Notes under the pieces: generated by a model
The model's input: only the letters and a program-made list of their open reading frames with translations
The model's database searches: none
What the model was told of the DNA's origin: nothing
Assembly (NCBI GenBank): GCA_038205935.1
Contig: JBBRBK010000019.1
Span: forward strand, 1 to 32,504
Origin: Campylobacterales bacterium
Lineage (GTDB): Bacteria > Campylobacterota > Campylobacteria > Campylobacterales > Sulfurimonadaceae
Length of the DNA stretch: 32,504 nt
Direction: 5' to 3'
Position numbers and translations under genes: made by a program
Shown here: positions 9,818 to 19,532 of the stretch, one piece after another
How positions within the stretch are numbered: position 1 is the stretch's first letter
How the letters are laid out: each line of letters starts with the position of its first letter

Positions 9818-10408
9818 ATGATAAAAGAAATTAAAAAATCAGTAATCTTGTTTGGTGGAATAACGTTGCTGTGTGGAGTTGGGTATCCATTACTCATGAA
9901 TACGATTGGTCAAAGTGCTTTTGCTTCAGAAGCAAAAGGCTCATTGGTTTATGAGGGGACTACTCCAATAGCCTCTACTTTAATCGGACAGAACTTTTCT
10001 AAACCCTATTATTTCCATTCTCGCCCTTCAGCGGCTGGAACAAATGGGTATGATGGAACATCATCGGGTGGATCAAATTATGGGTATACCAGTCAAAAAC
10101 TTCACGATGCTGTTAAAGACAGGGTAGCCATTTATAGAGAAGAGAATGCTCTTGATGCAACGCAAAAAGTTCCGATGGATGCAGTTACTGCCAGTGCAAG
10201 TGGACTTGATCCGCATATCACACCCAAAAATGCTATGCTACAGGCTAAGAGAGTAGCAGAAGAACGGGGACTTGAGAAATCAAAAATACTTGAAGCAATT
10301 CAGGAAAATACAAAAGGAAAATATTGGGGTATTATAGGGGAAGAGAAAGTAAATGTAGTTACTCTCAATCTAACATTAGACAGAAAATTTGGAAAAGTTA
10401 AAATCTAA
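9818..10408 (+). CDS. kdpC: K+-transporting ATPase subunit C
   Basis: N-terminal TM, LIGQNF, YFHSRPSA, SGGSN, VTASASGLDPHIT, VNVVTLN. ATG 9818 follows AAGGAG. Confidence 0.95.
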   Translation: MIKEIKKSVILFGGITLLCGVGYPLLMNTIGQSAFASEAKGSLVYEGTTPIASTLIGQNFSKPYYFHSRPSAAGTNGYDGTSSGGSNYGYTSQKLHDAVKDRVAIYREENALDATQKVPMDAVTASASGLDPHITPKNAMLQAKRVAEERGLEKSKILEAIQENTKGKYWGIIGEEKVNVVTLNLTLDRKFGKVKI

Positions 10409-13070
10409 AGCCGAGAAGCTTCTCGAAGAGATACAAAAAGCCGAAGATGGGAATTTCATTCTCTATCTTGGTGCCGCCGCAGGTGTTGGTAAAACTTTTG
10501 CGATGCTCTCTAAAGCGCGACAGCTCAAACAAAATGGGATCGATGTTGTGGTTGGTTATCTCGAAGCACATGGACGTTTTGAAACGGAGTCATTAGCTGA
10601 GGGTCTTGAGGTTATCCCCACCAAAAAGATTCGTTACGGCGGTGCGGAGTTTAGCGAAGTGGATATCGATGCAATAATCGCACGTGATCCCGAAATCGTT
10701 TTGATTGATGAACTGGCACATACCAATACGCAGGGTTCAAAATACGAAAAACGTTATCAAGATGTTCTCGAAATACTCTCACATGGTATTGATGTTATCG
10801 CAACAATGAATATTCAGCATATCGAAAGTTTAAATGATATTGTCCATTCGCTTACCAATGTTAGGGTAGTCGAAACAGTACCAGATAGCATACTAGAACG
10901 TGTAGATAGTTTTCGTCTGATTGACACTCCTCCAGATGAATTGATAGAACGGCTAAAAAGTGGAAAAATTTATCCGCCTGAGCAGGTTGAGTCAGCACTT
11001 AATAACTTCTTCAGCGAACAAAATCTCAGTAAATTACGTGAACTTTCCCTCCGTAAAGCCGCACTAAAAGTGAGCGATGAACTTAACGAATATTCAGTAG
11101 CCAAACGTGATGGTAGACGGACTCAGACCAATACAGTCATGGTTTGTATCGATCATCATGAAGAATCTATGGATGCTGTACGTTATGCTAAACGACTCAG
11201 TGATGCCCTTAAAGCCGATTTTATAGCATTGCAAATTACCTCTGATACTATCGGAAATATAAAAAAGAGTGAACGGATACGCAAACATATTAAACTAGCC
11301 GAGAGACTAGGAGCTAAAATTATCTCTAAAGTATCGGGAGATAAAACGGATGCAGTGATTGAAGCGATCGAGGAATATGGCATTACCGAATTGGTAATGA
11401 CGCGACCTAAAAGCCGATTTTTTGGATTTTTATTTCCAAATCTGACCAAAAGTGTGATGGAGCGAAAACCAAATTGTATCATTGATGTAGTTCCGTTTGA
11501 GAAGAAACATCCCACTTTATTTGAGCAGATAAAACCATTTTCCGGAACTCCGGATAATGTTAAATATTATCTTATTTGTCTCATGCTTTTGAGTTTTATT
11601 ACAGGTTTTGGATTTATTGCCAAAGAAACACTAGGCATTGTTAATATAACCTTGCTGTATCTTCTTTCAACCTTATTTGTCGCGGTACGATATGGAGTAA
11701 GTTATTCCTTTTTTACAGCATTAATTGGTGTATTATTATTTGATTTTTTATTTATTTCCCCTTATTACAGTTTTACTGTGAGTGATATTCGATATGTTCT
11801 CTCTTTTGTGATATTTTTAATTGTCGGTTATACGGCAGGAAGACTATCGGACGGGATTAAAGCTAAAAATAAAGCAATAAAATCAGAAGAGACCCGATTT
11901 AGACGTCTATATGAACTCAGCACTGGTTTAGGCGATTTTGAAAATGAGCAAGATGCTTCGATCTTTGTCGTTACTAAACTGAATGCAATTTTTGATTCCA
12001 AAACAATGGTTTTTATTTTCGATGAAACGGATAAACTCAAAATTTCGGCAGCAATCATTGATAACGATTTTCTCAGTAAAAGTGAATGTGAAAGTTTTCG
12101 TCTTGAACCCAACGATAAGGCGTGTGTACAATGGGTTTATCGTAACGGAGAAAGTGCTGGAAAGTTTACTAATACGTTACCAAATGTAGATTTGACCTAT
12201 TTTCCTTCCAAGGCCTTTGATAAAACAGTGGCTGTTGTTGCTCTAAAACTTCCGGTCTTGGACGCCGCTACGCAGGAACTCTTATTGGCATTTATGAATA
12301 CTTTTGCCATATCTCTGTGGCGTATTGGACTCTCACGTCAAAACCAGCACAATAAACTGGTGGAAGCCTCAGAAAAACTAACCTCAGTCCTTTTCAATTC
12401 GGTGTATCACGAGCTTAAAACCCCGCTAGCAACGATTTTAGGTTCGGTTGGCACGATTAATAGTCCAGAACTTGTTATTTCCAAAAACTCCGAAGAACAA
12501 TTGCTTGAAAGTATTGAAGAGAGTGCCTTGAGCATGGAACGTATCTTGAAAAATCTATTGGATTTTGCGAGGCTTGAGAATGGATTAATACAACTTAATA
12601 AAGATTGGTGCGACCTCGATGATATTGTTAGTAGTGCTTATCAAAAAGCGATAAAACTACATCCTCGTGAGGATATTACCTTTAATTTCGAGTTAGATGT
12701 GCCTCCTATTAAAGTTGATTTTTCATTACTGGAGCAGGCAATGTTGAATCTATTTGATAATGCGTTGAAATACTCGAAAGAGGGAGAAATCAAAGTTAAT
12801 GCTAGCAAGAGAGGTTCCAACGTTCTTATTACGATTTCAAGTCCAAGTGATATCGAAGAATCGGAACTAACAAGTATTTTTGATAAATTTTATCGAGCAG
12901 AACTCTCTGCTAAAATTAAAGGATCTGGATTGGGTCTCTCCATTGTCAAAGGAATTGTGCAGGCACATAAGGGAGATATAAGTGCTCTCAAGCAATACGG
13001 TAACTTTGTTCTAACCATCATCCTTCCTATTGAGGTAAATGATGTACAGATGAGTAAGAAAGAAGGATAA
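10389..13070 (+). CDS. kdpD: Sensor histidine kinase KdpD (KdpD domain, Usp, 4 TM, GAF, HisKA, HATPase)
   Basis: GAAAGVGKT, DELAHTN, NIQHIESLND, HELKTPL, NALKY and GSGLGL. TTG start overlaps the end of kdpC. Confidence 0.95.
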   Translation: MEKLKSKAEKLLEEIQKAEDGNFILYLGAAAGVGKTFAMLSKARQLKQNGIDVVVGYLEAHGRFETESLAEGLEVIPTKKIRYGGAEFSEVDIDAIIARDPEIVLIDELAHTNTQGSKYEKRYQDVLEILSHGIDVIATMNIQHIESLNDIVHSLTNVRVVETVPDSILERVDSFRLIDTPPDELIERLKSGKIYPPEQVESALNNFFSEQNLSKLRELSLRKAALKVSDELNEYSVAKRDGRRTQTNTVMVCIDHHEESMDAVRYAKRLSDALKADFIALQITSDTIGNIKKSERIRKHIKLAERLGAKIISKVSGDKTDAVIEAIEEYGITELVMTRPKSRFFGFLFPNLTKSVMERKPNCIIDVVPFEKKHPTLFEQIKPFSGTPDNVKYYLICLMLLSFITGFGFIAKETLGIVNITLLYLLSTLFVAVRYGVSYSFFTALIGVLLFDFLFISPYYSFTVSDIRYVLSFVIFLIVGYTAGRLSDGIKAKNKAIKSEETRFRRLYELSTGLGDFENEQDASIFVVTKLNAIFDSKTMVFIFDETDKLKISAAIIDNDFLSKSECESFRLEPNDKACVQWVYRNGESAGKFTNTLPNVDLTYFPSKAFDKTVAVVALKLPVLDAATQELLLAFMNTFAISLWRIGLSRQNQHNKLVEASEKLTSVLFNSVYHELKTPLATILGSVGTINSPELVISKNSEEQLLESIEESALSMERILKNLLDFARLENGLIQLNKDWCDLDDIVSSAYQKAIKLHPREDITFNFELDVPPIKVDFSLLEQAMLNLFDNALKYSKEGEIKVNASKRGSNVLITISSPSDIEESELTSIFDKFYRAELSAKIKGSGLGLSIVKGIVQAHKGDISALKQYGNFVLTIILPIEVNDVQMSKKEG

Positions 13071-13073
13071 AAA

Positions 13074-13769
13074 ATGGCAAATATTTTATTAGTTGAAGAT
13101 GATAGTGGTATCCAAAAAATGTTATCGATTTCTTTGGGTGCTGTAGGTTATTCATTGATTAAAACCCAGAGTATTAAAGCAGGACTTATTGCCCTCTCTC
13201 AAAATCCAATTTCACTGGTTATCCTCGATCTTGGATTGCCTGATGGAGATGGAAAACAGTTTATTCAAGAGGCAAAAATATTCAGCGATGTACCGATTAT
13301 TGTCGTCAGTGCCCGTGATATCGATAGCGAAAAAATAGAGGCACTGAACTTGGGTGCGGATGATTATTTGACTAAACCGTTTAGTATAGGTGAACTCATA
13401 GCAAGAATCAAAGCGCTTTCACGCCGTGTTAGGGAAAAAGATGAGTCTCAAAGTAGCATAATCACAATCGCAAATCTCTCCATCGATGTATTAAATAAAA
13501 CAGTGAGCATCGATTCTAAGCCGATAAAATTGACAAAAAAAGAGTTTGAACTTTTAGCTCTTTTTGCTCAAAACAGAGGAAAAATTCTGACACATACTTT
13601 TGTTCTCGAAAATGTATGGGGGAGAGGCTACGGGAAAGAGACGCATTATCTACGTGTATTTATGGCTCAGTTACGAAAAAAAATAGAGGAAACCCCATCG
13701 ATGCCTCAATATATTGTCACTGAATCAGGAATGGGGTATCGAATGAACGAACCATCTATGCGTGGGTAA
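13074..13769 (+). CDS. kdpE: OmpR-family response regulator KdpE
   Basis: EDD, DLGLPDGDG, ADDYLTKPF, THYLRVFMAQLRKKIE and TESGMGYR; directly follows kdpD. Confidence 0.95.
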   Translation: MANILLVEDDSGIQKMLSISLGAVGYSLIKTQSIKAGLIALSQNPISLVILDLGLPDGDGKQFIQEAKIFSDVPIIVVSARDIDSEKIEALNLGADDYLTKPFSIGELIARIKALSRRVREKDESQSSIITIANLSIDVLNKTVSIDSKPIKLTKKEFELLALFAQNRGKILTHTFVLENVWGRGYGKETHYLRVFMAQLRKKIEETPSMPQYIVTESGMGYRMNEPSMRG

Positions 13770-14012
13770 TAAGTATTATTTTAGCCCTTAGAGAATTTAT
13801 CGTAAATGTAGTGAAAATAAATAAAGAGGATTTCAATAGTATTTTTGATATATATATGAGCAGCACAAATTATCATATACTCATTTTCAGTGGTGTTTTA
13901 GTTTTTTTATTTCTACTTCGATTTTTTGCAAAAGTCACCTCACCAGATGGGTGTTGCAATCTAAATTGTAAAAAAAATATTGAATCCTAATCTATAAAAT
14001 CGTTCAATTGTT

Positions 14013-14543
14013 TTACAGTCGTGGACGAGCCTTACATGTAGCGTCATCTATAACAAACGATGCTGTTCCATTTGCTACTTCGGTATGGCGGAGCTTTATG
14101 GTTCCGTACACTATGATATTTTCATACGCATCTTCCATCATTACACCTTCTCCTTTTTTCGCAGTTACAAAGATAGTCTGATTCTCCGGAGACGCTGGCA
14201 CGTGGATACAAGCCGCCTGATTTGGAAAGAACAAAAATGTGCTCACACTTTCGCCATCGATATCGATAGGCACGATGTAGCCTGAGAGTTTAACCCGTTT
14301 GCCATCTATGGCTTTGTTGTTGCCACCTTGTTTGAGTGCTTCTTGCATCTGTGCATAGATGGCTATCTCCGCTGGCGTTCCTTCCTTTACATGTAAGACT
14401 TTTTCTTTGTAAAAACTCACTATTTTTTGTTGGTTAAAACTTGGATCGATGAGTTTTGACCAGTCATCTAGCTCAAAACTTGGCTCACTTGAACAGCCTG
14501 AGAAAAGTAGGATAAGCAGTAATAAAGAGAATTTTTTTATCAT
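14013..14543 (-). CDS. DUF3299-family lipoprotein (ZrgD-like)
   Basis: Lipobox LFSGC, DGKRVKLSGYIVP, and the ACIHVPxxPxNQ motif characteristic of DUF3299. Confidence 0.85.
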   Translation of the reverse strand: MIKKFSLLLLILLFSGCSSEPSFELDDWSKLIDPSFNQQKIVSFYKEKVLHVKEGTPAEIAIYAQMQEALKQGGNNKAIDGKRVKLSGYIVPIDIDGESVSTFLFFPNQAACIHVPASPENQTIFVTAKKGEGVMMEDAYENIIVYGTIKLRHTEVANGTASFVIDDATCKARPRL

Positions 14544-15787
14544 ATCTTCACCATCAAACCATCTTGCAGAGAGTTTTTATAAGATTTTAAAGCTGGAAGC
14601 ACGCTCACGATTATCGCTGAGATAAGCATTATAAAAAGGAGTGAGAGCTCATAGATATCTGGAAAATAGCTTATTTGTACTGTTGTATTGAATACAAGAT
14701 TATTTAAAATCAAGAGAGATGTAAGTAATAGATTTCCAAGTAATATTCCACTTGCGACGATGATAAAAGCTTCCAAAGCAAAGAGAATAAAAATGCTCTT
14801 TACTGTTGCTCCAAGTGTTCGAAGGATCGCTATTTCGCGTCTTCTGTCACCCAGAGTTGCGAGCATCGTCGCTATCATTCCAAAGATCGCCGCTATAAAG
14901 ACAATACTTGAGATAAGGGTTAAAATCTCTTGCATATTTTTGAGAAGGACATAAAGTTTTGAAAGTGCTTTTGCTGGAATAACCGCTTTGAGATTTTCGC
15001 CTTTAAAATGCTCTAACTTATCTGCTACATTTAAGATATCAGTACGGTTTTTAAGACCGATCAAAACCCCGCTGATATGTTTGGGCTGTATGTTCATCTT
15101 AGTGAGTTGCTCTGAGCTAATATGCATATCCACAAAATGCCCGCTTTGCCACTCTATATGGATAGCTTCATCGGCTCTAAGCTGAAAAAACACACTTGTA
15201 TCGTTTGGTGTACCTGTGGGTTTTAAGATGCCGCAAATATGAAAATCTCGGTTTGCATGTGCGTGTGCAGATTCGCCGCTTGAGTGTGAAAGATGAATCG
15301 TTTCATGCAGAGTTAAATGGAGTTTTTTCGCTACTTCACTTCCGACTACAACATCGTAGAAATCTCTAAAATCAGCTCCGCTTGCAAACAGAAGTGATTT
15401 TGAAGATGCGTATTTGTAATATTTAAAATAGTCATTTGTCGTAGAAACTGCGTCATAACTTTTAAAAGAATCTCCAACAGATAATGGCACTGCCCATAAA
15501 ACTTCATCCATTTTTGATATCGCCAAGTATGAACTATAATCCACCTCTTTAAGCGGATCTCCCATATGAAAGACAAGGTTTAAAAGAATGTCTAAAGAAC
15601 CCTCAGGCGCAGCGGCTATAAGGTCTGTTTGATTTATCGTATTTAAAAAATGGTTTTTTGCCGCTTTGGTAACTCTGTCAATGCCTAAAAGTAAAACGAC
15701 ACTGATGGCGATGGAGATGATGGAGAGGGTAAAAGCCATTCTTCTATTGGCAATACTTTTTGAAGTCAAAAGCCAAAGTGTTTTCAT
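14540..15787 (-). CDS. MacB/FtsX-type ABC transporter permease (ZrgC-like)
   Basis: N-terminal TM, periplasmic domain with VPLSVGDS and a His-rich loop (LSHSSGESAHAH), GTPND, EAIH, then RRREIAILRTLGA and 3 TM helices. Overlaps its neighbours by 4 bp. Confidence 0.88.
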   Translation of the reverse strand: MKTLWLLTSKSIANRRMAFTLSIISIAISVVLLLGIDRVTKAAKNHFLNTINQTDLIAAAPEGSLDILLNLVFHMGDPLKEVDYSSYLAISKMDEVLWAVPLSVGDSFKSYDAVSTTNDYFKYYKYASSKSLLFASGADFRDFYDVVVGSEVAKKLHLTLHETIHLSHSSGESAHAHANRDFHICGILKPTGTPNDTSVFFQLRADEAIHIEWQSGHFVDMHISSEQLTKMNIQPKHISGVLIGLKNRTDILNVADKLEHFKGENLKAVIPAKALSKLYVLLKNMQEILTLISSIVFIAAIFGMIATMLATLGDRRREIAILRTLGATVKSIFILFALEAFIIVASGILLGNLLLTSLLILNNLVFNTTVQISYFPDIYELSLLFIMLISAIIVSVLPALKSYKNSLQDGLMVKI

Positions 15788-16473
15788 GACAAAGCCCTAT
15801 TAAAGAGTGAAAAATCATAATCCGCTTGGAAATAAGAGGAAAGAGTTTTATCATGACTGACAAAAAGTAAAGTTGAGCCTTGTGCTTCTATTTGTGTAAA
15901 AAGAAGTTTCATAAAGCTCTCTTTTGCATCACTATCAAGCGCACTTGTGGGTTCATCGGCGATGATGATTTTGGGTGCGCCGATGAGTGCGCGAGCGACT
16001 GCTACACGTTGCTGTTCACCCACGCTAAGGTGCATCGCTTGTTTGTTTAAAAGTGAAGATGAGAGATCAAGCGCGGCCATAAGTCTTTCTATTTCCTCTT
16101 GCATATCGCTCACATGTAGAGCTTTTTGTTTTGAAAAACCGCAAGAAAGGGCGATGTTTTCTTTGACGCTGAGATAAGGTAAAAGATTGAACTGTTGAAA
16201 GATGGTTCCGTAATTATCCGCGCGAAATCTATCTTTTTGAGAAGGTGAAAGTTTGGAAAAATCAGTTCCTAGAATCTTAATGTCGCTCTTTATAGGTTCG
16301 ACGATTCCACAAAGAATATTTAAAAAAGTCGTCTTACCGCTTCCGCTTTTTCCATGTAAAAAAAGATGTCCGCCACTTCTTACATGTAAGGGATTGATGT
16401 CGAGAATAATCCTCTCACTTTGAGGATATTTGAAAACGCACGAGGCGATCTCTATGATGTTTTTAGTTTGCAT
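15784..16473 (-). CDS. ABC transporter ATP-binding protein, LolD/MacB type (ZrgB-like)
   Basis: GKSGSGKT, FQQFNLLPYL, LSVGEQQRV, ADEPT and VSHD. Confidence 0.92.
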   Translation of the reverse strand: MQTKNIIEIASCVFKYPQSERIILDINPLHVRSGGHLFLHGKSGSGKTTFLNILCGIVEPIKSDIKILGTDFSKLSPSQKDRFRADNYGTIFQQFNLLPYLSVKENIALSCGFSKQKALHVSDMQEEIERLMAALDLSSSLLNKQAMHLSVGEQQRVAVARALIGAPKIIIADEPTSALDSDAKESFMKLLFTQIEAQGSTLLFVSHDKTLSSYFQADYDFSLFNRALS

Positions 16474-16485
16474 AAAAAATTGTAT

Positions 16486-17724
16486 CTAATTAGGAGTAAA
16501 TAGGGGTTCACTAAGATAGTAGCCTTGAAAAAGATCCACGTCAATGGTTTGAAGTACATCATAAACTTCTTTACTATGAACATATTCAGCAACTACTTTA
16601 ATACCCATTTTATGAGAAAACATGACAATTGCTTCTACTAAAGTGAGAGCTTTTGCATCTACATCCACATTTTTAATGAGTGATCCATCTATTTTTATAA
16701 ATTCCGGTTCTATTAAAAGGATCATTTCAAAGTTTGAAAACCCACTTCCAAAATCATCTATTGCTATCTTAACGCCATAATGTTTTATTTTTTTTAAAAA
16801 TGCTATGAGTATCGTTGTATCTACAATAAATTCACTCTCAAGTATCTCAAATGTTACACGCTTGCCTACATGAGGATTGGTTTCTAAAAAACTGTAAATA
16901 TCACGCAAAAGCTCTTTGTTTTGAAGATCTTGGTAGGCTAAGTTAATCGAAAATTTATGATTTGAATTTTTCAGAATGTTAAGTGCGCTAAATATGATCG
17001 TTCGTGAAAGATTTGCATACCACTTTGTTTGAATGGAGATATTTAAAAACTCATCAGGAGAGATAAAAAGCTTTTTATCTGCTCCTTCAAGAGCGAGACG
17101 CATTAAAACTTCATGTTTAACAATATCACCGTGAAGATTATAAATAGGCTGAAAAAAGGGGATGATATTATTAGAGTTGATCGCTTTTTGTATCTCTTTG
17201 TTCCAGTACGCATAGTGCGCGGGAGTGACTGTGTCATTTGTTAGATTTGAGTATGCTGAAAATTTTAAGAAATTTTTCTTTGCATATTTGAGCGCTGCTG
17301 AAGCTTGTTCTAAAATCTGATCACTTGAGAGAGCAAAACCGACCGTTACATGTATATTGATATGGTCTTGTATTGCATTGATGTATATGTCATATTTTGT
17401 GATGATATCTATGAGATATTCAATATCATTATGAACATCATCCATATCAAGTTTGGCATCGTAATCTAAAAGGGCAAATTCATTAGAAGCTATTCTGTAG
17501 AGTTTGTACCCTTTTTCTTGAGTAAAATCTTTTAAAAAATCTGCAAGTTTTACAAGGACAATATCTCCTTCTTGAACTCCATATGTAGTATTAATCGAAT
17601 GAAAATTGTCAATATCAAGTAAAACAAGATGCCCTATATGCATAGATGAAATATCTCTAAGCAATGAAGCTCTTGATTTAAGCTTGGTTAATGGATCTAG
17701 CATCGTTTTTCTCATTTTTTTCAA
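16486..17724 (-). CDS. GGDEF(degenerate)-EAL c-di-GMP phosphodiesterase without a sensor domain; real start may be ATG 17715 or 17703
   Basis: DPLTKL, DIDNFHSINTTYG...GD, RIASNEF in place of RxGGDEF; EAL domain with FQPI, EVL, EILE, DDFGSGFS, KIDGS, AEYV and QGYY. Confidence 0.9.
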   Translation of the reverse strand: MKKMRKTMLDPLTKLKSRASLLRDISSMHIGHLVLLDIDNFHSINTTYGVQEGDIVLVKLADFLKDFTQEKGYKLYRIASNEFALLDYDAKLDMDDVHNDIEYLIDIITKYDIYINAIQDHINIHVTVGFALSSDQILEQASAALKYAKKNFLKFSAYSNLTNDTVTPAHYAYWNKEIQKAINSNNIIPFFQPIYNLHGDIVKHEVLMRLALEGADKKLFISPDEFLNISIQTKWYANLSRTIIFSALNILKNSNHKFSINLAYQDLQNKELLRDIYSFLETNPHVGKRVTFEILESEFIVDTTILIAFLKKIKHYGVKIAIDDFGSGFSNFEMILLIEPEFIKIDGSLIKNVDVDAKALTLVEAIVMFSHKMGIKVVAEYVHSKEVYDVLQTIDVDLFQGYYLSEPLFTPN

Positions 17725-17882
17725 GATTTAAATATTGGACATAATAACAAAAGAACCTTAGATAATGACATAAATAAGCGCAGATTTATTATGATTAGGA
17801 TGCTGCGAATGGACTTGAGTTGATGAAACATAAAGGAGATTATTATATAATCATCCCAAAAATATAAGAGAAGGATCTATCT

Positions 17883-18308
17883 ATGGAGTGCGAATTCCCA
17901 ACTATCAATTCAAATAAAAATGAAATAAAAGAGATTTTTCAAACTGTTAAAACGATTGCTGTTCTTGGACTTTCACCAGATCCAGATAAAGACAGTCACA
18001 GAGTTGCGGCGTATTTACAAAACTGCGGTTATAAGATAGTTCCTGTATATCCAAAAGGTGAAACTATATTGGGTGAAACTGTATATAAATCTTTAGAAGA
18101 GATTCCATTTGCTGTAGATATGGTCAATATTTTTCGTAAACCTGATGCACTGGATGCTATTGCGGATGCGTGTATAAAACGCGGTGATATAAAAGTATTT
18201 TGGGCACAAATAGGCATTGTAAATAATGAAGCGGCGCAAAAAGTAAAAGCTGCGGGAATAAAAGTGGTTCAAAACCAATGTGCGATGGTCGACCATCGCA
18301 ATATGTAG
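17883..18308 (+). CDS. CoA-binding protein (YccU-like)
   Basis: KTIAVLGLS, PVYP, VDMVNIFR, WAQIG and VVQNQC; TATAAT at 17846-17851 and an AAGGA RBS. Confidence 0.9.
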   Translation: MECEFPTINSNKNEIKEIFQTVKTIAVLGLSPDPDKDSHRVAAYLQNCGYKIVPVYPKGETILGETVYKSLEEIPFAVDMVNIFRKPDALDAIADACIKRGDIKVFWAQIGIVNNEAAQKVKAAGIKVVQNQCAMVDHRNM

Positions 18309-18317
18309 GGAAACTCA

Positions 18318-19529
18318 TTGTTAGACTTAAATAAAATATACGAAGCGCAAGAACGTATAAAAAATGTTGTTGTAAAAACTCCATTTTCTTATGCTCCATA
18401 CTTGAGCGAAGCTTCAGGCTGTGAAGTCTACTTAAAAAAAGAGAATCTTCAAGTCACCGGCGCTTTTAAAATACGGGGTGCATATAACAAGATAGCTTCA
18501 CTCAGCGATGAGCAAAGAGCGAGCGGTGTTGTAGCTGCGAGTGCTGGAAATCACGCTCAAGGTGTAGCTTTTTCTGCTCAGATGTTTGGTATCTCTGCGA
18601 CGATTATTATGCCAGATTCTACGCCACTTACAAAGATAAACGGTGTGAGACATTATGGCGCAAATGTCATCCTTGCTGGATCAAATTATGATGAAGCCTA
18701 TGCGTATGCGCTTATTTACGGTAAAGAGAACTCTTTAGTTTTTGTTCATCCTTTTGAAGATGATGAGGTGATGGCTGGTCAGGGAACGATTGCTTTGGAG
18801 ATCTTAGAGCAAGCAGAAGAACTTGATGCGGTACTCATTCCAGTCGGCGGTGGCGGCTTGATCTCTGGTATGGCAAAAGCGTTTAAGAGTATCAATCCTC
18901 ACATTCAAGTTATCGGTGTAAGTGCAAAAGGCGCACCAGCGCTGAAAAACTCTTATGATCTTGGGCGGTCTGTGGATTCGCTTTCTGTTCGGACTATCGC
19001 TGATGGGATCGCTGTGCGTGATTGCTCGTCTATAACACTCAAACACATACTTGAAAATGTTGATAAATTTATCGGTGTAGATGATGAAGAGATCGCAAGT
19101 GCGATACTTTATCTGCTTGAGCGTCAAAAACTAGTCGTTGAAGGCGCCGGAGCGGTAGGAGTTGCTGCACTTTTACATAACAAACTTCCAGAGCTTAAAG
19201 GTAAAAAAGTAGCTGTAGTTTTGAGTGGTGGAAATATGGATGTTACGCTTTTATCTGTCATCATCGAAAAGGGACTTCTTAAATCAAGTCGTAAGATGAA
19301 GATCACTGTAACGCTTGTTGACAAGCCAGGTTCACTGATGAAACTCACAGAAATACTCAGAGATTTAAATGCGAATATCGTGCATATTGCTTATGATAGA
19401 ACCTCTATTTCTCTTGATTATGGTGATGCACATGTGACGATTCACTTAGAAACCAAGGGTGAAGAACATCAAAAAGAGATACTCTCAGTGCTTGAAAAAG
19501 AGGGATATCTAAGTCGGTATATTAATTAA
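18318..19529 (+). CDS. ilvA: Threonine ammonia-lyase with a single C-terminal ACT domain
   Basis: ENLQVTGAFKIRGA (PLP lysine), SAGNHAQG, PVGGGGL, LSGGN and DKPG ACT motif; TTG start after AGGGA. Confidence 0.92.
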   Translation: MLDLNKIYEAQERIKNVVVKTPFSYAPYLSEASGCEVYLKKENLQVTGAFKIRGAYNKIASLSDEQRASGVVAASAGNHAQGVAFSAQMFGISATIIMPDSTPLTKINGVRHYGANVILAGSNYDEAYAYALIYGKENSLVFVHPFEDDEVMAGQGTIALEILEQAEELDAVLIPVGGGGLISGMAKAFKSINPHIQVIGVSAKGAPALKNSYDLGRSVDSLSVRTIADGIAVRDCSSITLKHILENVDKFIGVDDEEIASAILYLLERQKLVVEGAGAVGVAALLHNKLPELKGKKVAVVLSGGNMDVTLLSVIIEKGLLKSSRKMKITVTLVDKPGSLMKLTEILRDLNANIVHIAYDRTSISLDYGDAHVTIHLETKGEEHQKEILSVLEKEGYLSRYIN

Positions 19530-19532
19530 TAT

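Noticed and set aside
17725..17882. Possible sRNA or hairpin in the divergent promoter region
   Set aside because: Only an imperfect AT-rich dyad is present, which is explicable as divergent promoter DNA.
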